Position numbers and translations under genes: made by a program
Notes under the pieces: model-generated
The model's input: only the letters and a program-made list of their open reading frames with translations
Told to the model about the DNA's origin: nothing
The model's database searches: none
Part shown: in pieces, positions 13,701-25,800 of the stretch
Numbering within the stretch: the first letter of the stretch is position 1
Layout: each line of letters begins with the position of its first letter
Origin: Raillietiella orientalis
Lineage: Eukaryota
Reading direction: 5' to 3'
DNA length: 64,000 bases
Assembly (NCBI GenBank): GCA_036172245.1
Contig: JAYWIR010000001.1
Location: forward strand, 5,952,001 to 6,016,000

Positions 13701-16018
13701 GCGCGTCCCTCAGATCGCTCGCTAAGGAAGCGGCGCGCCGGGGAAGCAACAATGCGCGCGGTCGCGAGGAGGCATGGCCGCCGCTGGTGCTTTCTGGGAA
13801 GGGCGAGCGTCATGGCGACCGGTTCGCGGCCCGCGTTGCGTGCCAACAAAGCGCGAGCGGACGCGACATCCCGAAGCCGTTTGGTCGGGTCGCCCGTTCC
13901 GGGACCCCCGTTTTCCTGCGTTTTCTGAACCCGGGTGGCGCATGCCCTGGGCTCGGCCGGACGAGGGTCCGTGTCTCCCTCGCTCGGTCCGTCGGGAGAA
14001 CCCGCGCGACTCCACCTGGGCGCGCTGACGCCGTGCCTACCTGCAACACGGCTGGGATGCCCCCCCCCCTCTTTCGCCGCCCTCCCGTACCCCTGCGAGA
14101 GTTGGCTACCTCTCTCTCTTTCCCGGACCGAGCGCGTCTCTTCCGGTCGACAGCGAAACCAAGGCAGCGGTGGCGGCGGCGAGCTCGTGTTGCAGAGGCT
14201 GCGCGGATCGGGCTGGCTGAGGGAAAACAGGCACACCGAATCTGTGTCAGCCCGTCCGCGTGCGGCTTTCGCGTTTAAGATGGCATTTTTGCAGGCGGCA
14301 GCGTCGCCATCCCTGCGGTTTCGTTGTTTCTGTATCAGACGCGGAATTAAATCCCGGGATGAACGAGATCGACGCCATTTTCTCTTCCTTCCTGGCATTG
14401 TTTGGTGATCACCGAAGTGCCCGAATTAATCGGCGCGATTAAGCAATGCGCTTCCTGCTGCTGCACGCGTCGTCATGGCGCTTGCCGTCCGGGGAGACGG
14501 CAAGACGGCGCTGCCTCCCTCTTTTCTTCCTCCTGCCTGTTGTTTTCGTGGGAAGCAATACGCCACTCTGCGACACGGGGGAAGTGACGTACAAATGGTC
14601 CCAATTTGCCCGACAGTGCTTCCTCCGGAACGAAGAGCAACTGTTGAATTAAATTCTGAATCGGGGCCAACACCGAGCCCGACGCGCGCATTGCCGGCGT
14701 CGTAATGAAGAGAAGGAACGTCTTCTGCACGATCGGTGCAAGCCGGAGGAGCCCCCTCTTAATCTTCCCGTTCGGGAGGGAAGCTGGCGATTCCGCTTCC
14801 GAGTAATCTAACGGCAGACCAGGACCACGGAGAACTGTTATCCGCCCCCTAATTTATTCATAATGACGGCGCAAGGATCATGTCAGGAAAGGTTCCTCGC
14901 GTTCATTGCCGGGAGGGAATCGATAGCCCTCTCTCTTCCTTCCTTCCTCCCTCCCTCCCTCCCTCCCCTCCCCTCACCCCTTCCCCTCAGTCAGCAGGGG
15001 AAAAAAAAGTACCAGCCTGGCGGGCCGGGCCCAGATCGCTCGCTGCGAAGCGGCGCGCCGGGGGGCAGAGGGCGCAACAATGCGTGCGGTCGCCGCCGGT
15101 GCATTCTGGGAGGGAAAAAGCAAGAGGGCGCCCATCATGGCGGGCCGGTTCGCGTCCCGCAACGCGAACCAGCAAAACGCGAGCGGACGTCAAAGTCCGC
15201 CGTCGGACAGAGCGCCGGAATCCGCGTGGGGATCGTTCGTTTCCTACGCGATCGGTTCTGTTCGTGGCAGCAAAAGTCCGTGTTGCAGCAGCAGGGTGAG
15301 GAGGAAGCACGCCCGATGTTTCAGAATTCCGCTGCATCAGGTACACGGGGAAGACGGAGGAGGAGGAGGAGAGAGAAAAAATCCGAGGTCCTGTTTCCGT
15401 GCGCCACCCCCGGCAAGGTGGCGGGATCAAGTTCGGCGGCGGCACAGTATTCAATACATCACTTCACTCTTCCCTCTCCTCTCCCCCCCCCCCCCTGCTA
15501 CTCCCCCGAAAACCGATTCGCGACTGTTCTCTTTGAACCCAGACCTACGCGATTTGACCTCGCGCACCCGTTTTTGCGCGCGTCCTGCGGTCTCCCCCGA
15601 TTTCGCGGCTTCGCACTCCACCCTTTCTTCCCCAGCGATCCGGGCTGATGGGAAAAAAGGGGCGGGCGGGCCTTCGTGTCTCCGAGCCGGCAAATCACGC
15701 AGCGAGGACGTGGGGGACGCATGCCGCACCCCGAACCGTCGAGGCGGGGCACAATGCAGGCCCCCGCCCCTTGCGCACACCTCCCGTCCTCTGGCGGACC
15801 GGTGAGCGCATCGCAGCTCGCTTGTCCCCAGCCCGCACGCACCCACTCACGCACGCGCCCTCTCGCGGATCTCTGGGACGGGAGCTCCTGGGCATGCGGG
15901 AAGCGTCTCCCGGCACCCCGCGCTCCCCCGGCTGTAGGATCCACCCGAGCGCTGTGGCGAGGAGGTTCCGGAAGTGTCCACGGCCACCCTCCGCGGGTGG
16001 AAAAGGGTCGACCAGCGC

Positions 16019-16845
16019 GTCAGGATGCGCACTGGTCGACCTCTGCCCGCTCCGGCGGCGATGGGGCAGGGATAGCTCCTTTACCCTTCTTCCTCAGACC
16101 GCGTCATCTTTCTCTGCCCCTCCTCCCCCCATCCTCGGTTTGGGGAAGGGGCGGCGGTGTCAAAACAGCGTCATGGCTACCAGGAAAACGCGCAGCATCC
16201 CGTGGGGAGCTGCAGCAGGGACGCGAGCGGCCGCCTTTGCCACCAAAGCCCGCATCCCCGCGCGCGGCAGCGGACCCCTCCGGACTGAGGCGGGCGAGGG
16301 TGCGGGAAAGGGCAGCGTCTGTTGGAGCTATGGGGCCGTCAGCCTCCGGTTCCCCCGCTTGCTGAGCCAGCGCCGCGGAGGGCTCGCGACGGACATACCC
16401 GAGCGAGGACCACCCCAGGAGCTTCCTGGAAACCGCAGAAGGGAGTCCTGTGGGGTGCTCCCTGCCCTTCTCCCAAGAACTGGGGGTCCTGCAGTGTGAG
16501 GAGGCGCGTCCGACCCGGCTCCGCGCGCTCGCCCTTATCGGCTCTTCCTCCACCCCTCCTCCCCCTTTGTTTTTGTTTTGGCGGCCTGCAGCCGGCCGGC
16601 CGGCCGTTTGCTGGTCACGTGTTGGGCGGTTATCAGCCGAGCGTCTCAGCTGATGCTGCCGTGCTTGACCCCCCCTCCTCCTCCTCCTCCCTTCCCTCCT
16701 CGTCCGGCCGGCCGCGCGCTTCTTCCTGCGTAGTCGAGCTTGTCAGGATGCGCGCTGGTCGACCTCTGCACGTTCCGGCGGCGATGGGACAGGGAGCTCC
16801 TTCACCCTTCCTCAGACCACGTCTCCTTTCTCTGCTCCCCCCCTC
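16019..16845 (+). repeat. Pair of ~100-bp diverged direct repeats (~16019-16125 and ~16742-16845)
   Basis: gtcaggatgcgcactggtcgacctctgcccgctccggcggcgatggggcaggga... versus gtcaggatgcgcgctggtcgacctctgcacgttccggcggcgatgggacaggga... Confidence 0.85.
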
Positions 16846-19800
16846 CCTCCTTCCGGCCGCAGCGGCTGAGCCTTTCCAGCGTGCAGCAGTGCGTTCCCGC
16901 CGCGTCTGCGCACCGCAGAAAGGACGGAGCGCCTCCCCTCGCGACCCCCTTTGCCCCGGGGGCGGGTGGAGGGACGCACGGGTTTTACTTGGGCAGCCGA
17001 CGGACCTCTTCGAAGAAAAAAAGGGGGACGGTTTTGACGCAGCCTCCGATGTTCGACTCGAGGGGACAGGGTCGCAGCGCTTCGATGGAGGGGTGGGCTC
17101 CTGTCGACACCCATTCCGGAGGGACGGGTGTCCCTCCGGAAGTTCACTTCGCGTGGCCCGCGAAAGGGAAAGAGGGGAGGTCAGGGGGAGATTCAGTCTG
17201 ATCCGTGGAGGGCATACAGAGGGTCTGCCCGCCATCACGGAAGGGAAGGATGCAGGGTCATTATCCGTCCTGGACAGCCCTGCGCTTTTCCTTGGTCCGG
17301 GCAGGAAGGACTCGCTCCTTCAAGAGGGAGGGAAAGAACGCGCCGACCATTGCCTGTGGCCCCGCGGGGTGGATCCCAGACGTGCGGACGTTATCCTCTC
17401 CCTTCTTGCCCCGGGAACCAAGGACGTTTCCGGGGCAGGGTGTGCGCCCCCTCCGGGCGCGTCCATCGGGAGCCGCGCTCCGCGCAGCGGAGCCGTCCGG
17501 CGATGCTTTCGGCGTTTCCCGCCTGGCGGCGCTGCCTCCGCGCTTCTCGAAAGAGAGGCGGGCACGCGGCCGAGAAAGGGTATCGAGGGGCGCTCTGGGG
17601 AGCTCCCCTCCGCTCCGCCCCAGGTCTCCGGACCAGCTGCTCCGAGGGCGCCTCGTGCAGACCCCGGAGCGTCCCTCCGTGAGGAGGACCCGCCTCCGTC
17701 TCCGCTGTTCCTCCCTCCATTCCTCCGCTTCCGGGTTGCCGCGGCGACTGGGGGGTGACTCACGCACGCACCTCCTCTCCATTGTTTTGCCGCTGCCTCG
17801 GCCTCAGGATTGCACTCCTCCTGCCCAGGAGGGGAGGACGGCCCCGGGAGGATTCCTGGGCAAAGGGGGGAAGGGGGGCGGGCAACAGGAGCCACACAGT
17901 CGATTTCCTGTCGGCACCGCGAGTACGGAGGCAAACAGCACCCTTCTGCCTCCTTGGTAGGAGAGGGGGAAGGGGAGTGCGGGGGGCCCTCCTGGGGTGG
18001 TCCTCCTCCTCGAGAGACCGACCTCGGTCTTGTGGCTGCCTTCGGGCTCGGACAGCCGAGTGCACCTGGTTCGCGGTCGCTGTCCGCGGTATCCGCCCGT
18101 CCAGCTGGCGGTGCGCGCGCCACGTCTCCCACCCTCGCGCAGGGTTGCTCTCACGACGCACCTGCGGACGGCATCGCCGCCGCTGCTTCCGGTCCAGCCA
18201 TCTCCCGCCCTGACCGGCAACCGAAATCCCCTAGTCGATCCGGAGCGGCCCCGCGCGCCTTTCCTCTCGTTCCCTCCTTGCCCTACCGCGACAAGAGAAG
18301 GATTTCGGGCGAGTCTAGTTGCCCCTTCCACCCCGCCTCACAGGACGGAGGCGCACCCTTCTAACCTCGCCCGCCAGTGCAGCGGCAGGGAGCGGGAAGA
18401 GGAGGGTGAGGTAGATGGGAAGCCGGGCGGGACGCTTCCTGCGCGATTCGCTCGCTCCCTGCTCGTCCTTGGCTCATGCGAAGAGTCCCCTCCGGAAGCG
18501 AAGGCGAAAAGCATCGCGTTCCCTTGGAAACCTGCGTCCGAAGGGAAGCGGAGGCACTTTGGGGGAAGGATTGGGGTGGGGTGAGGGGTAGGAAGAGGGA
18601 AGGAGGGGGAGGGGGGAGGGAGAAAGGAACGGACAGGCAGATGCAGAAACCTGGCGCGCGCGCGTTGGTGCGAGGTTCGCGCGGGGACGGAGAGCCGACT
18701 GCGGCCGCTCGCACTCCCGCTCGAGGGTGCTCTGCTGAGAGGTGGGTACTTTGAGAGAGAGGAGGGAGACTCCTCGGATTGGAGTTCTCCTTCCCCTCTG
18801 AGGCAGCGGAAACCTCGGGGGGAGGGGGGCGACAACGTCCCGTGGGCACGCCATGCTCTCCTCCTCCTCTAACCCCGAGGAGGCGTGTATCATGAGTCTC
18901 GGAGAGCTTGCCAGGGGGACTGCGTGTGTACGGGCTGCATCCTGTTGGGAACTCAGCCGGGATCGCCCGCGCGACTCCTTCGTCTGGGGGAACCCCCCGT
19001 GACCGGTGGCCGGAGGGGTGTCGTTTCCTGACCAGTGAAACGCCCCCGTGATGAGGACCGGGGAGAGAATCTCGACCATCCCCCCGTGGGGAGGCGAAGG
19101 AGGAACGCCTCAACTTCCACCGCCCCATCCTCCGCGACGGAAGGAGGCCGCTTGATGGGTACGGGCGTTGGCACCAGCTGCTGGAGCGCGTTCCCCCTAT
19201 TCTGCGCTCTTTCCGAGCGTCCTGCTCGCCGGCGCGCGTGCCTGCCCGCATCCTCTGGGCACCGCAGACACTTGCAGGCGGCTGCTGCCGGGACAGCCCG
19301 GTCGCTCCCTGATCCTCCCTGCGCCGCCTCCCCCACCGTCCGCGTCGCAACCAGAGCTGAAACGGGCGCTCCGCCGTAACAATAGCAACGCGGGGAGGTT
19401 CCGCCTGATTCCCGCCCTCGTTGACACGTCGGAAGAGCAGAAGCAAAAAAGAGGTGAAGACAAAAAGAGTAAGAAAAAATAAAAGAGCGCATACGCGCGC
19501 TCTGCGCACACGCACGAGGCGCGTGTATGGTGACGGAACCATCAATCGAGTTCCACCCGTGGCTGAGCACGCGCGCGCGCGACCTCACGGAACTCAGCGC
19601 AAACAGGGAAATGAGTTCTTGGGGATTGCGGCGCAACGCGGTTTCCCCCCCAGCAACTTCCCCCCCCCCCCCGACAACCCCGGGAGACTCGATAAGATAA
19701 ATTCGGATATCGTGGACGCAGAGAGAGCCGTGCTTCCCCGTCACTGACTGGGTCCTCCTGCACGCGCACGCAGGAAGAAGACGTCGGGGAGTCGCAGCGC

Positions 19801-22800
19801 GCCACCCGCCGCCACTTTCGCCATTTTCTTGCTCTCTTCTAGGGTGCGCACACCAGCACGGTGTTAACGCGCGCAGACGAAGCGCTTCTTGGCGGTGAGG
19901 TCTCGCGGCGTCGCTTCTTGCAAGGAGCACTTCAAACCTCGCCACCGCCCCCTCCGTACCACGTGCTCAGCAAGCCGCGCTCGGCGAAAATCCCGCGTGG
20001 CGCCATCTTTTTGCGTCCTTTTTTTAATTGTTTTCTCGCAAATCACCCGTACAAAATGTACACCTCGCCGATACAGAACCTTGAGCAAAGTATGCAGTTC
20101 ATATCAATCAAGGTCAACCATCACTCGGGGCTGGGCCGAAAACGTCTTTTGCATGCATGCAAATTAGCACGGCCACGGCCGTGCGTCGATGGAACTTGGC
20201 ATCCAGCAGGAAACCCGCACTGGCATTTGTTATCGCATCCTGAGGACACTTTCGCAGGTGAAACGGGGGGGGGGGGGAAGGGGTGGCGGTTTGGTGCCGC
20301 ATGGTTTGCCCTCGTCCTCGTCCCTGCGTGCGTGCGTGGCGCGCCTCGGCACGCAACACCGGACGACGAGGCTCACCTTCCTTTTTTTCCAGAGACGAAC
20401 GCTTCAGAGATAAGAAACACATACACGCAAACACACCCCTTCCAGTGCACACCGTTTCCTATTCTCGGGGCGGCGCCGTTTTTCTTTCGGTGCGTGCCTC
20501 TCTCTCTTTTTCCGGGGCTTCTCGGAGCGTAAACATGGCGCTGGAAACCGACGTACGCCACCGTAGCCGTCGGGTGGCAGGGTGGGTGCACTCGAGAAGC
20601 GGCAGAAGTGCGCGGCGCCGAGGAGAGCGAACGTCGCGGGTGAAGACGAGGCCGCGGGAGTTTCCGACCCCCGGGATGAACTACCGAGACCGCCGCACGC
20701 ACGCGTGTGCCACCGCCGGATCCGCTCCCGGAACCGCGGCGGGTGCAACCGCGGGCGAACCCGGGAGCACGCGTCGCACCACCTCGATGGCACGCGCGCC
20801 CGCCAACTGGTTGGATCCGGCGGCCGGCTCGAGCGGCAGCAGCCTCTTCTTCACCAAGGATACGCCGCCGCGAGGCGCAACACTGCAGTGGAAAGCCAAG
20901 AATGAGCGGCCTTTTGTTGTTGTTGTTTGCCCCCTGGGCGTGCGTTTGCAGCACGCAGTTACCTAACTCTGTGGAACCAGCAGATCCTGCAGCGTACATT
21001 TTTTTTTTTTTTCCTTTAATCTCTCGAATTCAATTGGGAAGACTATTTACATGCAGGGAGAACGCGATCGGACTTATCGCTCGGAATTATCAGCGACCGC
21101 AAGTACTCGTTCCTATCTTCACTTGCTGGCGTTTGTTGTTTCTCGCGATGCTGCATGATCCACTTTCGTTCCATGTGGTGCGCGGGAGGCTTCTGGAAAG
21201 CACGGAGTCGCCACATCTGGGGCGGGGCCCTGGACAGGGAGGAATGCTCTTCCCTTCCTCACGCGCGGGGAGTCGCTGCGTGTCCGGCAAGGATCCCCGC
21301 GTTTACCGAACCTTCGGGCGTACCCGAATCGGGCAGTCGGGTTGCCGCTGGTCACGCAACTCGGGAAGCTCGAGCAGCAGCAAGTAGCCGTCCTACCGCC
21401 ATAAACCTTACCACCGACTGAACGACCATAAATCGGTACCGTCAGCAATACCGCGCTGCTGATGCCCGACATTTCCCAAGTCTGTTCGTCCCGGTCGGGA
21501 CCCAGTTGTTGCCTCGCCCGCAGACGCACGGGCGGTAGGGCGGCTGAAGGGGAGGCTGAAATTCAAATTGCCAGGGACGGAAGAAAGATACGATGACCGG
21601 CGAAGCTGCCGCCGGATCATATTCGGGGGGCCCGCAAGGGATGGCGGGGGAGTGTGCGAGCTCCCAGCAGCAGCAGCAGCATGGGCCCGTGTACTTCCTT
21701 CCGTCTTCCTTGCACTTCTTCGCGGTGGAAAACGACTGGGATCGAGTTCCAGTCTTTCCTCCACCGCGAGGGTGGGGTGCTTTGTGGAACGATTCGCCAA
21801 GAATGATTCCAGCCGATGCGCAGCCAACCTGGAATGTTCTTCGCAGTATCGCCAAGCACGACACAGAACTGGACCACACTTTCGCTGCCCCCAGTTGCGA
21901 AAATCCAGCATGTGAGGATTTTTTGCGTGCTCCCGTATGAGAGTGTTCCTTCCTCCCGAGGTGCGGCACTTCCCGCTCCGTCCGCATTACTCACTAGCAG
22001 CAGCACGGCAGCTCCAGCGTCCCCGCCAATCTGTGTGCCGACGGCATCTTTCAGCAAACAGGCTCGCGACAGCAGAGGAGGAGGATACGTGGCAAAAGAC
22101 TCGGTATCCGCGCTGCGTCCACTCTCTGCGCATCTTGTTCAGCTTCCTCGCCCGGAAAGAAAGCTCGCTAAGAGAAGGTCTTCCGGCAGACGAGGGGAAA
22201 ACGGATCCACGGCGAAGGATGCTGTCGTTCTGCGAGACGAGCCTTCGAGCTGTTCGCACTTGAGGGCGGAGCAGCTCGGGGAGGTGGTGGTGTCCTCGAC
22301 TACGTGACCGCAGAGCGCGCACTGTCACACTCCTCCCTTCGTGCGCTCTTTTCGGCCGACTGGCAAGTGCGGATCTTCGAGGCGGCGGCAACCTTCGTCT
22401 CGGGGAGCGAACGTTTTCGCAACGAGCGTCGTTTTCCCACTGCCATCTGTGATCCTATCTGGCAGCCATGATCGCCGCTCTCTCCGCCGCACGAGGCTCT
22501 GCAGCGCTCCTCGAAGAGAGATCAAGGGGAATGGAGGAGGAGAAAACGCCGCCAAACCGTTCCTTCCATATTTCCGAGGGATTCACAGCACCGTCTTTGG
22601 GCGGCTGGGGAGGGGGACGCAGGAATCGTCACGACATCCTCCTCGTGGCTCACCTAGGAAACAGAAACATGCTCTGGAGATGCTTCTCCGCTCCTGACCC
22701 TCCATGTCGTTACAAGCGCAGTCACCGCCAGGGGATGGGGGGATCCTTGAAGCCGATGGGACGGTGCGATCGGGAACCAGTGATCAACGCCTGGTGTAGT

Positions 22801-25800
22801 GTCCCCACTAAGGTCACCGCCGCCTCAGGCGCGCTTTTTTGGCGCCTCGACCCTCCCTTCAGTGTCAGGGTGGACGGAGGACGCTCTGCCCTTGAAGGGA
22901 GGGCAGAGTCTCAAAGGAGAGGGCCTGCAGCCCTGAGGTTTGCAGGAGCCAACGGCAGCCAGCGCGCGGAGGAGGCGGGCAGCATGAAAGGAAAACCGGG
23001 AAGATCCACGGGAGATGCGGGTCGGAGGGCGCCCTCTAGCCCCGCTTCCGCCGCGACACGAGGAGGCTGCGGGCTGGGGATGACGGGAAGGAAGATCTTC
23101 CGTCGAAACACACACACACACACACACACACGTCCAAAAAGAGGGGAGGGGGAGGGTATAAGAGCCATTTTTCGACCTTCCGGGACAGGCAGACGGAAGA
23201 GGTCTCCTGGTCACACGGGTGGTGGTGTGGTGGCTGCGGCGCATTCCTCCTCTCTGCCTCCGGTTCCGCCCGGGAGTCCCGGAACCTGGGACAACGGGAG
23301 ACGAAGGCAGCTGCTCTCGTCTCGTGGTGCTCTGGAAAGCGCTGTCCGGGACGGTCCCGGGCGCCGGCACTGTCTGTCCCGGATGGCCTGCAGTTTCCTC
23401 CTTCCTTACTCTCCGTGGTCGCCACACCGTTGCTGCGGCGAATCTCGTGCTGTTTTCCTCCGCCCTTCACCACCGGCGGCCTCGAACTCTTCCTCGCTCC
23501 GGAAGGGGGAGGAGACGAAAAAGAAAAAACGCGTTGGTCTGTCCGCCCGTCCTCTCTCTCGCGCGCGGAGCTACACGACGCGAGCCATTCATTCCCCGGC
23601 GGGGCAAAGAGCTCTTGCGTGCCCCAAGGTTACGGAGCGCTGCCTCACCCTGCCGGCGGGGAAGCAACGAGACTAACCCATTGTTGTTGCGGCTTGCCCC
23701 CCATTCCAAAAGGAGGTGTCCTTCTCCCCTCCCCCCCCCCCTCCCATTTTTTTTCTTGCCACGAGTTCCCGCCAAGAAAAGCGGCGAGTAGAAACGTTCC
23801 TTTCGCTTTGAGGGGGCGACAGTGCGGCTGGACGCCGCCGTCGCATGGATGGGTCTCGGGCCTCGGGGGCAGCCCCGCGGGAAAGCACGCCCGGAGGGAG
23901 GGGGAATGACCGTGCTCTTTCCATGCCTCACTCGCCGCGAGAACGGGGGAAAGGGGGAGGAGGGGGAAAGACCAGGAACGCCCCGTGGAGATGCACCGCA
24001 CGTGCTCCTTGGCAACTGGCGTGCTGTTCCTCCAGCGACCCCGTTAGCAACCGATGCATCTCGGGCATCAGTTGCCAAGGGAATAGCGGGAGCGGGGCGA
24101 ACATCCGAGATAGTCCACACACCCCTTTCGCCACCCACACGCTTCTTTTTCCGTTGTTGAGCTGACGCCGCTTAGCAGTGAGGAATGACTCCCCCTTTTC
24201 CTCCTTCCTTCTCCCGTCTTCACCTGTGCTTTTCCTTCCGGGAGAGTGTCCAGGAAGGGCGCGCACGTTCTTCGACCGCCCTTTGCGCGAAATAGGGGCG
24301 GATCGAGTCGCTACCGCTGTCCCCGGGAAGAGCGTGCCTGACGACTTAAATCCCGGCATTTAGCCAGCAGGGCGTCCCGCGTTCGCGACCCGGCCTGCAT
24401 GCGGCCCACGCGAGGGCTGCTCCACCTCCTTCCCCGCACTCTTCTTGTCGCGCAGGAACTTCTCTTGCTCTACCAAGGGTGATGTCACACCTCGCTTTTT
24501 TCTCCCTTCAGCGCGGGCACCAGAGAATCCGGATGTACGATCCCCCCCCCTCCCGTGTGACTTCCTCCGTGTCACTCATGGGTGTTCTTCCCTCGAGCCC
24601 CGTGGCGCCATTTCGCTGTGGGTGCGTGGAGAGTTTTTTGACTGGGTGGGGGGGAGGGAAGAGGAGGTGATCAAAGAAGCATTCGACACTAACTCGACGC
24701 AGGCAAGCAGCCATTGTGAGCAGCACGAGAAACCGCTGCCGCCGAACGTGCTTTGACGAACGGTGGAGTTGCCAAGCGTCACGCTTCATCCCGGCGTTCC
24801 TGGCCGGTTCGCGTGTCTGCCTTTGTCAAGGGCCTCGTCTGCCTTTGGGGCAGTAGTCCTTCGAGGACTTCGATTAAGACGTTTCCCTTTTGGTGTGTCG
24901 TCTTTTTTTCTTTTTTTTTTTTGCTTTTGCTTTTCAGGCCTCTGCGAGCTTGGGAGTTCGTTTCTTGAGATGCCTCGTGAGGCTTAGCAACGAGTCGGGC
25001 GTTTTGGCAACGACTGTTGCGTTGGCCGCTTCGGCAACAATGCGCGGCGTGTGGAAGCAGAGAAGCCGTGCTGCGATGGCAACGGCGAGTCGCAAAAAAA
25101 TGGGAACGCGTAGATGGCCAGTTTTCTTCCCCGTGCCCGCTGAGGTTGGCCTCCATTTTCTGGCACTGCAAAAAAAAACAAAAACAAAAACAAAAAACAA
25201 AAAAAGGCGCGCATGCGCTGCATTGCTGGCGACCCGGCGGACCCGAGATGCCCATCCTCGTTTCCTTCCGAGGAGCAAAAAAGGCAAACATCCCCACCGT
25301 GCTGCAAAAACCTCCTGAAGGAAACGTAGGGATCGCGCAAACCGATCGCATCCGCGAAAGGAGCGAAACCATGGCGTCGGAGCATCCATCTCCGCTGCTA
25401 TGTGGCTCGCTGATGGTGAAAGCAGACACACGAATCTTATAATTTACACTTTGCAGAGCGACGCCAAAGGCGAGACGCCGCCGCCGAGCGCGGACGATCC
25501 GATGCGGCGTCGGGGAAGTTCGACACGCGAAATGTTTGCCTTCCCTTATGTGTACACGGCAATCGCATCCTGAACCATGGTTGCACATTCGCATCCTGTA
25601 CGGATAATTTTTTGTGCACACACATGATGTTTGCGGGAACGTAACGTGTGTGTGTAATTTCTTCATGCGTGCAGGTATCGGCATTAGCACGTAGTCAACC
25701 GATTCGCAGGGGGGGGGGAGGGGGGAGGGGAACGGAAAGGAAAAGAGAGAGAGAGAGGAAAAAAAAAAAAAGAAGGAATCAATTAAATACGCGTACCGCC

